From Burkholderiales bacterium (GTDB lineage Bacteria; Pseudomonadota; Gammaproteobacteria; Burkholderiales; Burkholderiaceae_C): 64,000 bases of DNA. This document shows, piece by piece, positions 31,222 through 42,931 of the stretch. The DNA lies in NCBI GenBank assembly GCA_031401195.1, contig JANNRI010000109.1, forward strand, positions 933 through 64,932. The letters are read 5' to 3'. The position numbers and the translations under genes were made by a program. Position 1 is the first letter of the stretch. Each line of letters opens with the position of its first letter. A model generated the notes under the pieces. That model had not been told where the DNA came from, searched no databases, and saw only the letters and a program-made list of their open reading frames with translations.

Positions 31222-31224
31222 CCC

Positions 31225-32292
31225 TCAGTCCTTGGCGACCTCGAGCACGAGCTTGCCGAAGTTCTCGCCATTGAACAGCTTGAGCAGCGTTTCGGGAAAG
31301 GCGCGCACGCCACCCACGACCACGTCTTCGCGGCTTTTCATGCGCCCATCCTTGAGGTACGCGGCCATCTCCTTGACCGCCTCGGGGTAGCGCTCGGCGT
31401 AGTCGAAGACGACGATGCCTTCCATGCGCGCGCGATTGACCAGCAGCGAGAGGTAGTTCTTCGGCCCGCTCACCGCGCCTTCGTTGTTGTACTGGCTGAT
31501 GGCGCCGCAGATGATGATGCGTGCCTTGCGGTTGATGCGCGCAAGCACGGCATCGAGGATGTCGCCGCCTACATTGTCGAAGTAGATGTCGACGCCGTTG
31601 GGGCAATGCTGCTTGAGGCCTTCGCGCACCGGGTCCCAGCGCTGCACGCCGGCCGGGGCCGGGGCCTTGTAGTCGATGCAGGCGTCGAAGCCCAGTTCCT
31701 TGACCACCCAATCGCACTTGGCAGGTCCGCCCGCAATGCCCACGGCCCGCAGGCCGCGTACCTTGGCCAGTTGGCCGACGGTCTGGCCGACGGCGCCCGC
31801 GGCGCCGGAGACCACGAGCGTCTCGCCCGCCTTCGGTTGGCCCACGTCCATGAAGCCGAAATAGCCCGTCATGCCCGGCATGCCGAGCACGTTGAGCCAT
31901 TGGCCGATGCTGCCCGCGCGCAGGTCGATCTTGGCCAGGCCCGAACGCTTGACCTGGTCACCCGGCAGGTTCCAGTACTCCTGCACGCCTGGGCCACCGG
32001 TGACGACATCGCCGACAGCGAACGCCGGGTTCTTCGAAGCCACCACGCGACCGATGCCGCCGGCACGCATCACCTCGCCAATGCCCACCGGCTTGATGTA
32101 GCTCTTGCCGTCGTTCATCCAGCCGCGCATGGCCGGGTCGAGCGACAGCGCGAGCACCTTGACCACGAGGCCGCCCACGTCGGGCTCGCCCACGGGCTCT
32201 TGGGTGAACTGCCAGTCGGAGGGTTTTGGCATGCCGACCGGGCGCGCGGCCAGCCGAACCTGGTGGTTGGCGAGTGTGGCAAGGGTGCTCAT
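31225..32292 (-). CDS. NADP-dependent oxidoreductase (prostaglandin reductase/CurA-like MDR)
   Basis: LSLDPAMRG, LGMPGMTGYFG, SGAAGAVG, YFDNVGG, NFGKL. Confidence 0.92.
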   Translation of the reverse strand: MSTLATLANHQVRLAARPVGMPKPSDWQFTQEPVGEPDVGGLVVKVLALSLDPAMRGWMNDGKSYIKPVGIGEVMRAGGIGRVVASKNPAFAVGDVVTGGPGVQEYWNLPGDQVKRSGLAKIDLRAGSIGQWLNVLGMPGMTGYFGFMDVGQPKAGETLVVSGAAGAVGQTVGQLAKVRGLRAVGIAGGPAKCDWVVKELGFDACIDYKAPAPAGVQRWDPVREGLKQHCPNGVDIYFDNVGGDILDAVLARINRKARIIICGAISQYNNEGAVSGPKNYLSLLVNRARMEGIVVFDYAERYPEAVKEMAAYLKDGRMKSREDVVVGGVRAFPETLLKLFNGENFGKLVLEVAKD

Positions 32293-32421
32293 GGGGTGTC
32301 TCCTTTGGGGCTCTGAATCGTATAGGTCGCGGCCGTGTGCCCTCGGCGTGGGAGCGACGGCCGGGTTCGGGTCCGCAGGGCGCCGCTCACGCTCATGTCA
32401 GTCTCCAGGCGACGGCCACGG

Positions 32422-33441
32422 TCACTCACCACAACCCGGGCAGCGATGCACCTCGACCGTCACGTGGCGCAGCGGCGTGATGCCGTCCAGCCGCTGGCGG
32501 TAGCTGGCGGCGGCCAACGGGGCGTCGGCCACCACGGACAGCGCCGCGCACCAGGCCGCCGAGCCCACTTGCCACACATGGAGGTCGCTGACCCGCGCGT
32601 CGGCATCACACTCGATGGCCTCGCGGATGCGCCGCTCCAGCGCGGGGTCGGAGGTGGCATCGACGAGTGCACGTGCGCTGCCGCGCAGCACGCCGAAGGA
32701 CCAGTGTGCGATGACCAGCGCTCCCAGCAGCGCCACCGCCGGGTCGAGCCAGCGCCAGCCGAAAGCGGCGCCTCCAGCCAATGCGATGATGGCCAGCACC
32801 GAGGTCAGCGCATCGGCCAGCACGTGCAGGGTGGCGGCGCGATAGTTGTGGTCCTCGTGCTTGCGCTCTTGCTCGTGCCCGTGGTGATGCCCGTGGCCCT
32901 GGCCCTGGCCCTGGTCATGGTCATGGTCATGGCTATGGCCATGGCTATGGCCGTGGTCCGCATGCGAGTGGCCGCCGGCCCGCATCAGCAGCCACGCGCT
33001 CACGACGTTGACGGCAAGCCCGACCACCGCCACCGCCAGCGCCGTGCCGTACTCGATCGGCCGCGGGTCGAGCAGCCGCACCACGGCGTCGACCACGATC
33101 CACAACGCCACTGCCAGCAGCGCGATGCCACTGGTGTAGGCCGCCAGCACCTCGATCTTCCAGCCGCCGAAGGCATAACCCGCACCGGCACGGCGCGAGA
33201 GTTCGTAGGCCACCCAGGCGCCACCCAGCGCGAACGCGTGCGTGCCCATGTGCCAGCCGTCGGCAGTGAGCGCAAGCGAGCCGCTCCACCAGCCCGCGAT
33301 GAGTTCGGCCACCATCGTGACCAGGGTGAGCGCTACCACCCAGCCCAGCGCACGCTGGCGCGTCGCCACGCCTTCTTCGACGAAGACATGGCTGTGGCCA
33401 AAGAGGCCGAGGTCGTGCCGGTGGGTGTTCAAGCCGCGCAA
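32422..33441 (-). CDS. dmeF: CDF-family Co/Ni efflux transporter, DmeF-like
   Basis: ADGWHMGTH, His-rich loop, HVLADALTS, DLHVWQVG. Confidence 0.85.
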   Translation of the reverse strand: MRGLNTHRHDLGLFGHSHVFVEEGVATRQRALGWVVALTLVTMVAELIAGWWSGSLALTADGWHMGTHAFALGGAWVAYELSRRAGAGYAFGGWKIEVLAAYTSGIALLAVALWIVVDAVVRLLDPRPIEYGTALAVAVVGLAVNVVSAWLLMRAGGHSHADHGHSHGHSHDHDHDQGQGQGHGHHHGHEQERKHEDHNYRAATLHVLADALTSVLAIIALAGGAAFGWRWLDPAVALLGALVIAHWSFGVLRGSARALVDATSDPALERRIREAIECDADARVSDLHVWQVGSAAWCAALSVVADAPLAAASYRQRLDGITPLRHVTVEVHRCPGCGE

Positions 33442-33499
33442 TGCATGCCGTTCAGGCCAGCCGGGGCAAACCGGGCGCGTGCACCCAGGTGACCTGAAT

Positions 33500-33784
33500 T
33501 CAAGGCGCCTTGCTGATCGATGTGACGGTGAACTGGCCGTCGATCTTTTCGGCCGTGAAGCGCACGCGGTCGCCTGCCGCCAGCCCGTCCAGGGCCTTGG
33601 GATCGCGCAAACGGAAGACCATCGTCATCGGTGGCATGTCCAGGTGCTTGATCTCGCCGTGCTTGATCGTCAGCCGTGCCCCGGCCTTGTCGACCTTGGT
33701 CACCTCCCCGTTCGTGGCCGGCACCTGCGCCCAGGCTGCGGCGGCCAAGGTGAGGGTGCTGACGAGCGTCCACAGTAGCTTCAT
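33500..33784 (-). CDS. CusF-like periplasmic copper-binding protein
   Basis: TIKHGEI..LDMPPMTMVF; signal peptide; CAGGAG RBS. Confidence 0.9.
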   Translation of the reverse strand: MKLLWTLVSTLTLAAAAWAQVPATNGEVTKVDKAGARLTIKHGEIKHLDMPPMTMVFRLRDPKALDGLAAGDRVRFTAEKIDGQFTVTSISKAP

Positions 33785-33972
33785 GGCGGTCTCCTGCATG
33801 GGCGCGCAACGGCAGCCCCGCAACGCAGAGTGTGCCAAAACCATGGCGTCCAGGCTGCGTGGCGTTGAACCGTTGCCCAGCGCACGCCTTCGCCGCCCAG
33901 CAATGGCCATGCCCAGGGGCACCGGGCGGGCGCCGCACACGAGGCTGGCGCGTAGGCCCATCCCTACAATGA

Positions 33973-34914
<942 letters not shown>

Positions 34915-34920
34915 ATGAGC

Positions 34921-35012
34921 CGCCCCCGAAGCGCCTTCGGCGCCTCCGCCCCAGGGAGGCGCCGCCAGCGGCCCGGCAAAGCGGGTTCCGTGGCGGCGGC
35001 TTGGCTGGGCGG
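34921..35012. repeat. Short palindromic intergenic insertion (possible REP/MITE-like unit)
   Basis: Overlapping hairpins GGCGCCTCC/GGAGGCGCC and CGCCGCCA/TGGCGGCG; single copy in the window. Confidence 0.4.
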
Positions 35013-35017
35013 CTTGG

Positions 35018-35755
35018 GTGCCATTCGTGCGTCGCGCTTGTCGCCGCTGGTCCGCGGGAACTGCCGATAGTCGACCGGTGCGCGCCAAAGTCTGGTTCTT
35101 CGACCTCGACAACACGCTGCACGACGCGACGTTTTCGTCGTACGCGGGCATCAACGAGGGCATGACGAGCTACATCGTGGAGCAGCTCGGGCTTTCGCAC
35201 GCCGAGGCGGCTGCCCTGCGCCAACGCTACTGGCAGCGCTACGGCGCCACCCTGCCGGGGCTGGTGCGGCACCACGGCGTGAAGCCAGCCCACTTTCTGC
35301 ACCATGCGCATCGGCTGCCAGGGCTGGAGCAACGGGTGTACGGGCACGCCCATGACCTGCATGCGCTGGCGCGTGTGCGCGGCCGGCGTTGCATCCTCAC
35401 CAACGCTCCGGCGGCCTACACGGCCCGTGTGCTTGGCGTGCTGGGCATCGCGCCGCTGTTCGACGCGGTGTGGTCGATCGAAGACATGCGCATGTTCGGC
35501 CACTGGCGTCCGAAGCCCGATGCGCGCATGCTCGGGCACATGGCCGTGCGCATGGGCGTCCATCCTCGGCATTGCGTGCTGGTGGAAGACACGCTCGAGC
35601 ACCAGAAGGCAGCGCGCAGCGTCGGCATGCGCACCGTGTGGATGCAGCGCTGGCTGCGCGCCAGTGCCGCTGGGCCGCGCATGTGCCCGGCTGCCGGGCG
35701 CCCGGCCTATGTCGACCGGCGCGTGCGGCGCCTGAGTCAACTGTTGCGGGGGTGA
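35018..35755 (+). CDS. Pyrimidine 5'-nucleotidase (HAD family)
   Basis: FDLDNTL, YGATL.GL, LTNA, KPD, VED; true start may be slightly downstream. Confidence 0.88.
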   Translation: MPFVRRACRRWSAGTADSRPVRAKVWFFDLDNTLHDATFSSYAGINEGMTSYIVEQLGLSHAEAAALRQRYWQRYGATLPGLVRHHGVKPAHFLHHAHRLPGLEQRVYGHAHDLHALARVRGRRCILTNAPAAYTARVLGVLGIAPLFDAVWSIEDMRMFGHWRPKPDARMLGHMAVRMGVHPRHCVLVEDTLEHQKAARSVGMRTVWMQRWLRASAAGPRMCPAAGRPAYVDRRVRRLSQLLRG

Positions 35756-35881
35756 GACGCCCACGCGCCGGAGGGCACACAAGTTTGTCAGTGTTTACCT
35801 GCACCGCGCCTGCAAACCCCCCTGTGCCAGAATCTTTGCGTCCCCCCTAGTTCGTTGCCCGAGACCGCCGCGCCGCCCCCG

Positions 35882-36568
35882 ATGTCTGCCTTGCCAAAGA
35901 TTGCCGCTGCGGACGATGCCGAGGCCCCTGTGGTCTCCGAAGCTGCGGAAGCGCCCGCCGCGCCGGGCCCGGCCGCCGCGGCCAAGCGAAAGCGCCCCAA
36001 GCCAGGCGAGCGCCGGCTGCAGATTCTGCAGACGCTGGCCGCGATGCTCGAACAGCCGGGCGCCGAGCGCATCACCACCGCCGCGCTGGCGGCGAAGCTC
36101 GGGGTGAGCGAAGCGGCGCTCTACCGCCACTTTGCCAGCAAGGCGCAGATGTTTGAGGGCCTCATCGAATTCATCGAGGGCAGCGTCTTCGCGCTCGTCA
36201 ACCAGCTCATCGAGCGTGAGTCCTCTCCCGCAGCCCAGGCGCGCAAGATCGCCACCGTGATCCTGCAGTTCGGCGAGAAGAACCCGGGCATGGTGCGGGT
36301 GATGGTGGGTGACGCGCTGGTGCTTGAGCACGAACGGCTCAACGCCCGCATGAACCAGTTCTTCGAGCGCGTGGAGTCGCAGTTGCGTGGCTGCCTGCGT
36401 GCCGCTGCCGAGGCCGCCGGCGCGACCACGCCCACGGTGGAGGCGCAGGCCGTCGCTTCTGCGCTGACCTCATTCATCGTCGGGCGGCTGCAGCGTTATG
36501 CGCGCAGCGGTTTCAAACGAACGCCCACCGAACACCTGGAGCCGGCGCTGATGCGCCTGGCGCCTTGA
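35882..36568 (+). CDS. slmA: Nucleoid occlusion factor SlmA (TetR family)
   Basis: ILQTLAAMLE, RITTAALA..LGVSEAALYRHF.SKAQMFEGLIEFIE. Confidence 0.92.
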   Translation: MSALPKIAAADDAEAPVVSEAAEAPAAPGPAAAAKRKRPKPGERRLQILQTLAAMLEQPGAERITTAALAAKLGVSEAALYRHFASKAQMFEGLIEFIEGSVFALVNQLIERESSPAAQARKIATVILQFGEKNPGMVRVMVGDALVLEHERLNARMNQFFERVESQLRGCLRAAAEAAGATTPTVEAQAVASALTSFIVGRLQRYARSGFKRTPTEHLEPALMRLAP

Positions 36569-37365
36569 GCGTTTGCGTGGCCGCGCCGGCCGCGCGGGTG
36601 CTGGCCGGCGCTGGCCTTCATTCCGACGCTGAAGATTTGCACGCTGCTGCCGCCGCCGGCGTAGCGCCTGCGGCAGGCTCTTCCGTCACCCTGAGCCTGG
36701 GTGGGACACCTGCTCTGCTGCTCGCCGAGCGCGCGGTCTGGCTGCCCGGCCTCTCTACCGTGCTGGTGGCCGATGTGCACATCGGCAAGGCCGCCAGCTT
36801 TCGACGCTTGGGCGCGCCGGTGCCGGAGGCCACCACCGGCGGCACGCTGGCACGACTGACAGCGCTGTTGAAGCTCACGTCCGCCCAGCGGCTGGTGGTG
36901 CTGGGCGACCTGCTGCACTCGGCCGATGCGAAGAGCGGCGCGCCGCTGCAGGCGTTTGACGCCTGGCGGGCCGCCCATGGCACCGTGGCGCTCATGCTCG
37001 TGGCCGGCAACCATGACGATCACGCCGGCGCGCCCCCCGCGGCCTGGCAGGTGCAGGTGGTGCGCGAGCCGTACGACCTTGCCCCAGGCCTTGCCCTTGC
37101 CCACCAGCCACAGAGCGTGCCCGGGCGCTATGTGCTGGCCGGGCATGTGCACCCCGCTGTCGTGCTCGGCGGCCGCGGGCCCGGCCGCTTGCGCCTGCCG
37201 TGTTTTCACCTGGGCCCGCAATGTGGCGTGTTGCCCGCCTTCGGTGAGTTCACCGGCAGTCACGTGCTGCGTCCGCTGTCGGGCGAACGTGTGTTCGTCG
37301 TGGCCGACGGGCTGGTCCGCGAGTGGCCGATGGCGGCGGGCACACATCCCCCAGCACACCGCTGA
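36565..37365 (+). CDS. pdeM: Ligase-associated DNA damage response metallophosphoesterase PdeM
   Basis: ADVHIGK, LGDLLH, GNHD, GHVHP, LPAFGEFTG; start uncertain. Confidence 0.85.
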   Translation: MSVCVAAPAARVLAGAGLHSDAEDLHAAAAAGVAPAAGSSVTLSLGGTPALLLAERAVWLPGLSTVLVADVHIGKAASFRRLGAPVPEATTGGTLARLTALLKLTSAQRLVVLGDLLHSADAKSGAPLQAFDAWRAAHGTVALMLVAGNHDDHAGAPPAAWQVQVVREPYDLAPGLALAHQPQSVPGRYVLAGHVHPAVVLGGRGPGRLRLPCFHLGPQCGVLPAFGEFTGSHVLRPLSGERVFVVADGLVREWPMAAGTHPPAHR

Positions 37366-37377
37366 CGCCCCAATCGC

Positions 37378-37431
37378 CTGATCCCTTCCTGATCCCTTCC
37401 TGATCCCGTCTGATCCCGTCTGATCCCGTCT
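37378..37431. repeat. 10/11-bp tandem repeat x5
   Basis: CTGATCCCTTC x2 then CTGATCCCGT x3. Confidence 0.9.
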
Positions 37432-37454
37432 ACCCGGCTGCATACACTGATCGC

Positions 37455-38327
37455 ATGTCCACCAATCCACTCGACGCGCTGGTCACGCGCGCCCATGCGC
37501 TGCTCGATCGCCTCGACCGCTGGCTGCCCGGCCCACTGGCGGCACCCGACTGGTCGGCCAGCACCGCCTTTCGCTACCGCAAGCGCGGTGGTGCCGGCCG
37601 GCTGGAGCCGGTGCGCCACGCCGCCGGCGTTCGCCTGACTGACCTGAAGGAGATCGACGGCCAGAAAGAGCGCCTCGTGCGCAACACCGAGCAGTTTGTG
37701 GCCGGCCGCGGCGCCAACAACGTGCTGCTGTCGGGCGCACGCGGCACCGGCAAGAGTTCGCTCATCAAGGCCTGCCTGAACGAGTTCTCGCCGCGCGGAC
37801 TGCGCGTGATCGAGGTCGACAAGGCCGACCTCGTGGACCTGCCGGACCTCGTCGACCTCGTGGCCGAGCGCCCCGAGCGCTTCATCGTCTACTGCGACGA
37901 CCTGAGCTTCGACGAGGGCGAACCCGGCTACAAGGCGCTCAAGAGCGTGCTCGACGGCTCCGTGGCGCAAAGCAGCGAGAACGTGCTGATCTACGCCACC
38001 AGCAACCGCCGCCACCTGCTGCCCGAGTACATGGACGAGAACCTCTCCTACAAGCACCACCCGGATGGCGAGGTGCACCCGGGCGAGGTGGTGGAAGAGA
38101 AGATCTCGTTGTCTGAGCGCTTCGGCCTGTGGATCAGCTTCTACCCGTTCTCGCAGGACGAGTACCTTGCCATCGTCGCGCAATGGCTGCGCGTCTTTGG
38201 CGTGCCCGAAGGCGAGATCGGCGCGGCGCAGAAGGAGTCACTCGTCTGGGCACTGGAGCGCGGCTCGCGATCGGGGCGCGTGGCACAACAGTTCGCCCGC
38301 GACTACGGCGCCCGCCACGTGGGCTGA
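37455..38327 (+). CDS. DUF815 family AAA+ ATP-binding protein
   Basis: NNVLL.GARGTGKSS, CDDLSF, YATSNRRHL, EEKISLSERFG, RSGR. Confidence 0.9.
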   Translation: MSTNPLDALVTRAHALLDRLDRWLPGPLAAPDWSASTAFRYRKRGGAGRLEPVRHAAGVRLTDLKEIDGQKERLVRNTEQFVAGRGANNVLLSGARGTGKSSLIKACLNEFSPRGLRVIEVDKADLVDLPDLVDLVAERPERFIVYCDDLSFDEGEPGYKALKSVLDGSVAQSSENVLIYATSNRRHLLPEYMDENLSYKHHPDGEVHPGEVVEEKISLSERFGLWISFYPFSQDEYLAIVAQWLRVFGVPEGEIGAAQKESLVWALERGSRSGRVAQQFARDYGARHVG

Positions 38328-38334
38328 GCGCGCA

Positions 38335-38784
38335 GTGGCCAGCCACACGCCCACGCGCGAGCCCATCGACGTGGCGGTGGGTGTGCTCATCGACGGCGCC
38401 GGCCGCGACGCCCACTTCCTGCTCACTTCGCGCCCGCCGGGCAAGGCCTACGCCGGCTACTGGGAGTTCCCCGGGGGCAAGGTCGAAGCGGGCGAGACGA
38501 TCGAAGCCGCGCTGGCACGCGAACTGCACGAAGAACTCGGCATCACCATCGCCGGCGCCGCACGCTGGCAGGTCGAGGTCTTCGACTACCCGCATGCGCT
38601 GGTGCGGCTGCACTTCTGCAAGGTCTTCGCCTGGAGCGGCCGCTTCGAGATGCGCGAGGGCCAGCAGATGGCCTGGCAGACGCTGCCGGTGGATGTGGTG
38701 CCGGTGCTGCCTGGCACGGTGCCGGTCCTCGCCTGGTTCGCGCAGGAGCGTGGCTACACCGGCGCCACGCACCGCGGCGACTGA
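38335..38784 (+). CDS. mutT: MutT-like NUDIX hydrolase
   Basis: WEFPGGKVEAGET...ARELHEELG Nudix box. Confidence 0.85.
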   Translation: MASHTPTREPIDVAVGVLIDGAGRDAHFLLTSRPPGKAYAGYWEFPGGKVEAGETIEAALARELHEELGITIAGAARWQVEVFDYPHALVRLHFCKVFAWSGRFEMREGQQMAWQTLPVDVVPVLPGTVPVLAWFAQERGYTGATHRGD

Positions 38785-38805
38785 GCCAGCCACTAAACTG
38801 AACGC

Positions 38806-39264
38806 ATGGATGACAAGGCCCTGCCCGTGACCCGACCCGGATCGCAGCCAGAACAGCCAGAACAGCCTGAACGGCTCGACTGGCTAGACGCCGTGCAATG
38901 GAACGCCGAAGGCCTGGTGCCTGCTGTCGCGCAGGAGCACGGCAGCAAGGACGTGTTGATGATGGCCTGGATGAACCGCGCCGCCCTGGCCGCCACCGCC
39001 ACCGGCGGCGAGGCGGTGTACTGGAGCCGCTCGCGCGGCCGCCTGTGGCGCAAGGGCGAGGAATCGGGCCACGTGCAGAAGGTGCACGAGATCCGCCTCG
39101 ATTGCGACCAGGATGTGGTGCTGCTCACCGTGTCTCAGCTCGGGCACGAACCCGGCATCGCCTGCCACACCGGGCGTCACAGCTGCTTCTTCAGCAAGCT
39201 CGAGGGCGGGCGTTGGTCGGTCGTCGAGCCCGTGCTGAAAGACCCGGAGCGCATCTACAAGTGA
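38806..39264 (+). CDS. hisI: Phosphoribosyl-AMP cyclohydrolase
   Basis: [30 protein letters not shown]. Confidence 0.95.
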   Translation: MDDKALPVTRPGSQPEQPEQPERLDWLDAVQWNAEGLVPAVAQEHGSKDVLMMAWMNRAALAATATGGEAVYWSRSRGRLWRKGEESGHVQKVHEIRLDCDQDVVLLTVSQLGHEPGIACHTGRHSCFFSKLEGGRWSVVEPVLKDPERIYK

Positions 39265-39716
39265 GCCCCCCGGCATCGGCTCCCCCAGCGCTCGCCGCAG
39301 GCGAGAGCGGCGACGACACGCTCGCGCGCCTGGCTGCGGTCATCGAGTCGCGCAAGCCTGCCGCCGGCGGGGACGCGCAGAAGAGCTACGTTGCACGCCT
39401 GTTCAGCCTAGGCACCGACGCCATCCTGAAGAAGGTGGGCGAAGAAGCCACCGAGGTCGTGATGGCGGCCAAAGACGGAGACCGCACGCGATTGGTGGCC
39501 GAGGTTGCCGACCTGTGGTTCCACTCGATGATCGCGCTGGCGCACCTGGGTGCGCGGCCGGCCGATGTGCTGGCTGAACTCACGCGGCGCGAAGGCCTCT
39601 CCGGGCTCGACGAGGTTGCACTGCGCAAGGCGCGCGTACGCGACCACGAGTCCAACACCCGGCCACGCGGCGAGGCACCCGGCCGCACCCACCCGCCACG
39701 GGAATCCGACACATGA
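39261..39716 (+). CDS. hisE: Phosphoribosyl-ATP diphosphatase
   Basis: [26 protein letters not shown]. Confidence 0.94.
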   Translation: MSPPASAPPALAAGESGDDTLARLAAVIESRKPAAGGDAQKSYVARLFSLGTDAILKKVGEEATEVVMAAKDGDRTRLVAEVADLWFHSMIALAHLGARPADVLAELTRREGLSGLDEVALRKARVRDHESNTRPRGEAPGRTHPPRESDT

Positions 39717-40108
39717 ACTCGCCCTGGCCCACGCCCGCGCACACCGATTCGTCCGCCAACTCGAACCCGGCTGAGGACCAGTTGCGCCTGCTCACGCACG
39801 TGATGTACGGGCTACACACCTTGTCCTGGTTCTCCGCGGGGTTGTTTTCCGTGGTCGCCATCGTCATGAACGTGGTCAAGCGCGGCGCGTTGCCCGACCG
39901 CTTCTACGCCAGCCACTACCGCTGGCAATGGCACAGCTTCTGGCTCACGCTGCTGTGGCTGCTGCTCACCGCGCCGCTGTGGCTGATCTTTGTCTTTCCG
40001 GGCTACGTGGCCTGGTCGGTGGTCGGGCTGTGGTACCTCTACCGCTTCATCCGCGGCTGGTGGGCCTTTGCCGAGCAGCGGCCGATGCCGATGCCCGCCG
40101 AACCCTGA
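39713..40108 (+). CDS. Small membrane protein (DUF4870-like)
   Basis: Three TM segments, SHYRWQ, YRFIRGW; usual position after hisE. Confidence 0.75.
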   Translation: MNSPWPTPAHTDSSANSNPAEDQLRLLTHVMYGLHTLSWFSAGLFSVVAIVMNVVKRGALPDRFYASHYRWQWHSFWLTLLWLLLTAPLWLIFVFPGYVAWSVVGLWYLYRFIRGWWAFAEQRPMPMPAEP

Positions 40109-40117
40109 GTCATCACG

Positions 40118-40468
40118 ATGAACGCACCCGATCCGAACTGCATTTTCTGCAAGATCGTCACCGGCCAGATCCCGTCCAAGAAGGCGCACGAGGACGAGCA
40201 ACTGCTCGCGTTCCACGACATCAACCCCTGGGCGCCGGTGCATGTGCTGATCATCCCCAAGCAGCACATCGCCACGCTGGCCGACGTGGGCCCCGAGCAC
40301 GACGCGCTGCTCGGGGCCATGCTTGGCCTGGCACCGCGGCTGATGAAGCAACTGGGTGTGACCAATGGTTTCCGCACGCTGATCAATACCGGGCGCGACG
40401 GGCACCAGGAGGTCCAGCACCTACACATGCATGTCATGGGCGGGCCCAGGCCCTGGGCACGGGGCTGA
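40118..40468 (+). CDS. Histidine triad nucleotide-binding protein
   Basis: CIFCKI, DINP.APVH, HLHMH. Confidence 0.93.
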   Translation: MNAPDPNCIFCKIVTGQIPSKKAHEDEQLLAFHDINPWAPVHVLIIPKQHIATLADVGPEHDALLGAMLGLAPRLMKQLGVTNGFRTLINTGRDGHQEVQHLHMHVMGGPRPWARG

Positions 40469-40505
40469 GCGCGGCTCAGCCCGCGAGAACATGGGGACAC
40501 ACCGA

Positions 40506-40549
40506 GGACATGCGGGGGACATGCAGGGGACATGCGGGGGACATGCGGG
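40506..40549. repeat. 11-bp tandem repeat x4 upstream of tatA
   Basis: GGACATGC(G/A)GG x4. Confidence 0.88.
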
Positions 40550-40590
40550 TCTCCCCTAGAATGCTCGCTCCCCTTTCGTGGAGTTTGAAC

Positions 40591-40851
40591 ATGGGTTCCT
40601 TCAGCATCTGGCACTGGGCAATCGTGCTGCTGGTCATCGTGCTGATCTTCGGCACCAAGAAGCTACGCAACATCGGCGAAGACCTCGGCAGTGCCGTCAA
40701 AGGCTTCAAGTCCGGCATGAAGGCGGGCACCGAAGGCGAAGGTGGTGCCGCGGCGCCCGGCGCCGCGGCTGAAGCACCTGCGCAGGTGACCACCACCGCG
40801 AAGAAGGTCGACGCGAATACGGTCGACGTCGAAGCCAAGACCAAGACCTGA
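40591..40851 (+). CDS. tatA: Twin-arginine translocase TatA
   Basis: [28 protein letters not shown]. Confidence 0.96.
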   Translation: MGSFSIWHWAIVLLVIVLIFGTKKLRNIGEDLGSAVKGFKSGMKAGTEGEGGAAAPGAAAEAPAQVTTTAKKVDANTVDVEAKTKT

Positions 40852-40973
40852 GGCCTGGCCCATAGCGCCAAGACCAGGGTGACCCACAACCCAGCCCGGC
40901 ACGCCCCCAGGCCACACCAGCCCGCCACGCCCGCCCGCCACGCCCGCCGCGTAAGGGCGCATCGGCCGCTCCC

Positions 40974-41477
40974 ATGATCGACTTCGGCTTCGACAAGCTC
41001 GCGCTCATCGGCGCGGTGGCGCTCATCGTCATCGGCCCCGAGAAGCTGCCGCGTGTGGCCCGCACCATGGGCCATTTGCTGGGCAAGGCACAACGCTACG
41101 TCGCCGACGTGAAGGCCGAGGTCAGCCGCAGCATCGAACTCGACGAGCTCAAGAAGATGAAGGGCGACATCGAGCAGGCCGCGCGCGATGTGCAGACCGG
41201 TGTGCAAACGGAAGTCGACTCGGCTCGCTCGGCCTTCGACACCACCTGGTCCTCGGCCACGGCCGGCATCGGAGATGGCAGCGGCGAGAGCGGAAATTTG
41301 GGCTATTCCGACCCACTGCCGCCCCCGCCGCCGCAGTACCGGCACCCGAAGAAGAACTGGCGCCTCAAGCGGGGCGCCACACCGCAGTGGTACAAACAAC
41401 GCAACGGCGTGCGCAGGCAGGCCCAGTCGGGTGCAGCGCGCGTGGCCCGGCACCGGCCACGGCCCCTCTCTCGATGA
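40974..41477 (+). CDS. tatB: Twin-arginine translocase TatB
   Basis: [17 protein letters not shown]. Confidence 0.95.
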   Translation: MIDFGFDKLALIGAVALIVIGPEKLPRVARTMGHLLGKAQRYVADVKAEVSRSIELDELKKMKGDIEQAARDVQTGVQTEVDSARSAFDTTWSSATAGIGDGSGESGNLGYSDPLPPPPPQYRHPKKNWRLKRGATPQWYKQRNGVRRQAQSGAARVARHRPRPLSR

Positions 41478-42364
41478 GCGAACCCGACAAGGACGCCAAG
41501 CGCGACGAGCTCGAAGGCACCGAGGCACCGTTCGTCTCGCACCTGGTGGAGTTGCGCGACCGGCTCATCCGCGCCTTCATCGCCATCGGCATCGTCTTCG
41601 GTGGGCTGTGCCTGTGGCCGGGCCCGGCCGGGCTGTACGACTTCCTCGCCGCGCCGATGGTGGCGTACCTGCCCAAGGGCGCGACGCTGATCGCGACCAA
41701 CGTGATCTCGCCCATCCTGGTGCCGCTGAAGATCACGCTGATGGCCGCTTTCATGGTGGCGCTGCCCTACGTGCTGTACCAGGTGTGGGCGTTCGTGGCA
41801 CCCGGCCTGTACTCGCACGAGAAGAAGACGGTGCTGCCCTTGGTGGTCAGCAGCACGGTGCTGTTCATCGCCGGCGTGGCGTTCTGCTACTACCTCGTCA
41901 TCCCCGGGATGAGCAAGTTCATCCAGGCGTTCGCGCCGAGCGCCATCACCGCGGCGCCGGATATCGAGCAGTACTTCGGCTTCGTGCTCACGCTCTTTCT
42001 GGTCTTTGGCATCGCTTTCGAGGTGCCGGTGGCGGTGGTCGTGCTCGCGCGCATCGGCATCGTCACCATCGACCAGTTGAAGAAGTTCCGCGGCTACTTC
42101 GTCGTCGCCAGCTTCATCATCGCCGCGGTGGTGACGCCACCTGACGTGATTTCGCAGCTCGCACTCGCGGTGCCGATGTGCATCCTGTACGAACTCGGCA
42201 TCATCGCCGCGCAGATCTTCATCAAGCAGACCAAGGCGCCCGAGGAGGTGCCTGCGGCGGCGCCTGCAAGATCGCCCGAAGAGCCGGCCGCCGGCACGGC
42301 GGGCCCCGACACCCCGAGCGCGGCCGCCCCCGGGCCACGGGTCGAGGACAAGGGCGCGGCCTGA
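41474..42364 (+). CDS. tatC: Twin-arginine translocase TatC
   Basis: [32 protein letters not shown]. Confidence 0.96.
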   Translation: MSEPDKDAKRDELEGTEAPFVSHLVELRDRLIRAFIAIGIVFGGLCLWPGPAGLYDFLAAPMVAYLPKGATLIATNVISPILVPLKITLMAAFMVALPYVLYQVWAFVAPGLYSHEKKTVLPLVVSSTVLFIAGVAFCYYLVIPGMSKFIQAFAPSAITAAPDIEQYFGFVLTLFLVFGIAFEVPVAVVVLARIGIVTIDQLKKFRGYFVVASFIIAAVVTPPDVISQLALAVPMCILYELGIIAAQIFIKQTKAPEEVPAAAPARSPEEPAAGTAGPDTPSAAAPGPRVEDKGAA

Positions 42365-42395
42365 CCCGGCCCTTCAAGCACGGGCCGTTGCATCG

Positions 42396-42779
42396 GTGGT
42401 GAATCAATTCAAGAGCCGCGGCGGGCTGGCCCGCATCTGGCACGCGGCGGGTTACTCGCGGGCCGGCTTCATGGCAGCACTGCGGCACGAGGCGGCGTTC
42501 CGTCAGGAACTTGCCGTGGGCGTGCCGCTGATGCTGCTCGCATGGTGGCTGGCGGCAACTCCGCTCGAAGCGCTGGCGCTGGTCGCGGTCATCGTGCTGG
42601 TGTGGGTGGTTGAGCTGCTCAACTCCGCCATCGAGGCCTTGGCCGACAGCGTGAGCGAAGAGCGTCACCCCTTGCTCGGCCGCGCCAAGGATCTGGGCAG
42701 CGCCGCGGTGATGTTGAGCATCATGCTGGCCGCGCTCACCTGGGCGGGCGTGCTCGGAGCGCGCTGGCTGCACCTCTGA
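42396..42779 (+). CDS. dgkA: Diacylglycerol kinase
   Basis: EAAFRQE, VELLNSAIE, AKDLGSAAV. Confidence 0.93.
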   Translation: MVNQFKSRGGLARIWHAAGYSRAGFMAALRHEAAFRQELAVGVPLMLLAWWLAATPLEALALVAVIVLVWVVELLNSAIEALADSVSEERHPLLGRAKDLGSAAVMLSIMLAALTWAGVLGARWLHL

Positions 42780-42931
42780 GTTTCTGCGCGGCTGAACCTG
42801 GCCTGGGCTCGCCGACGGGCATCACGCCATTGATGGCGGCCGGCTTCGCCGGCAAACCGGTCGCGACGACCGCGGCCTCACCGCCGGCGCGATCGCGCGT
42901 CAGGGCTCGCACGTGGCAGTGGCGGTGTTGT

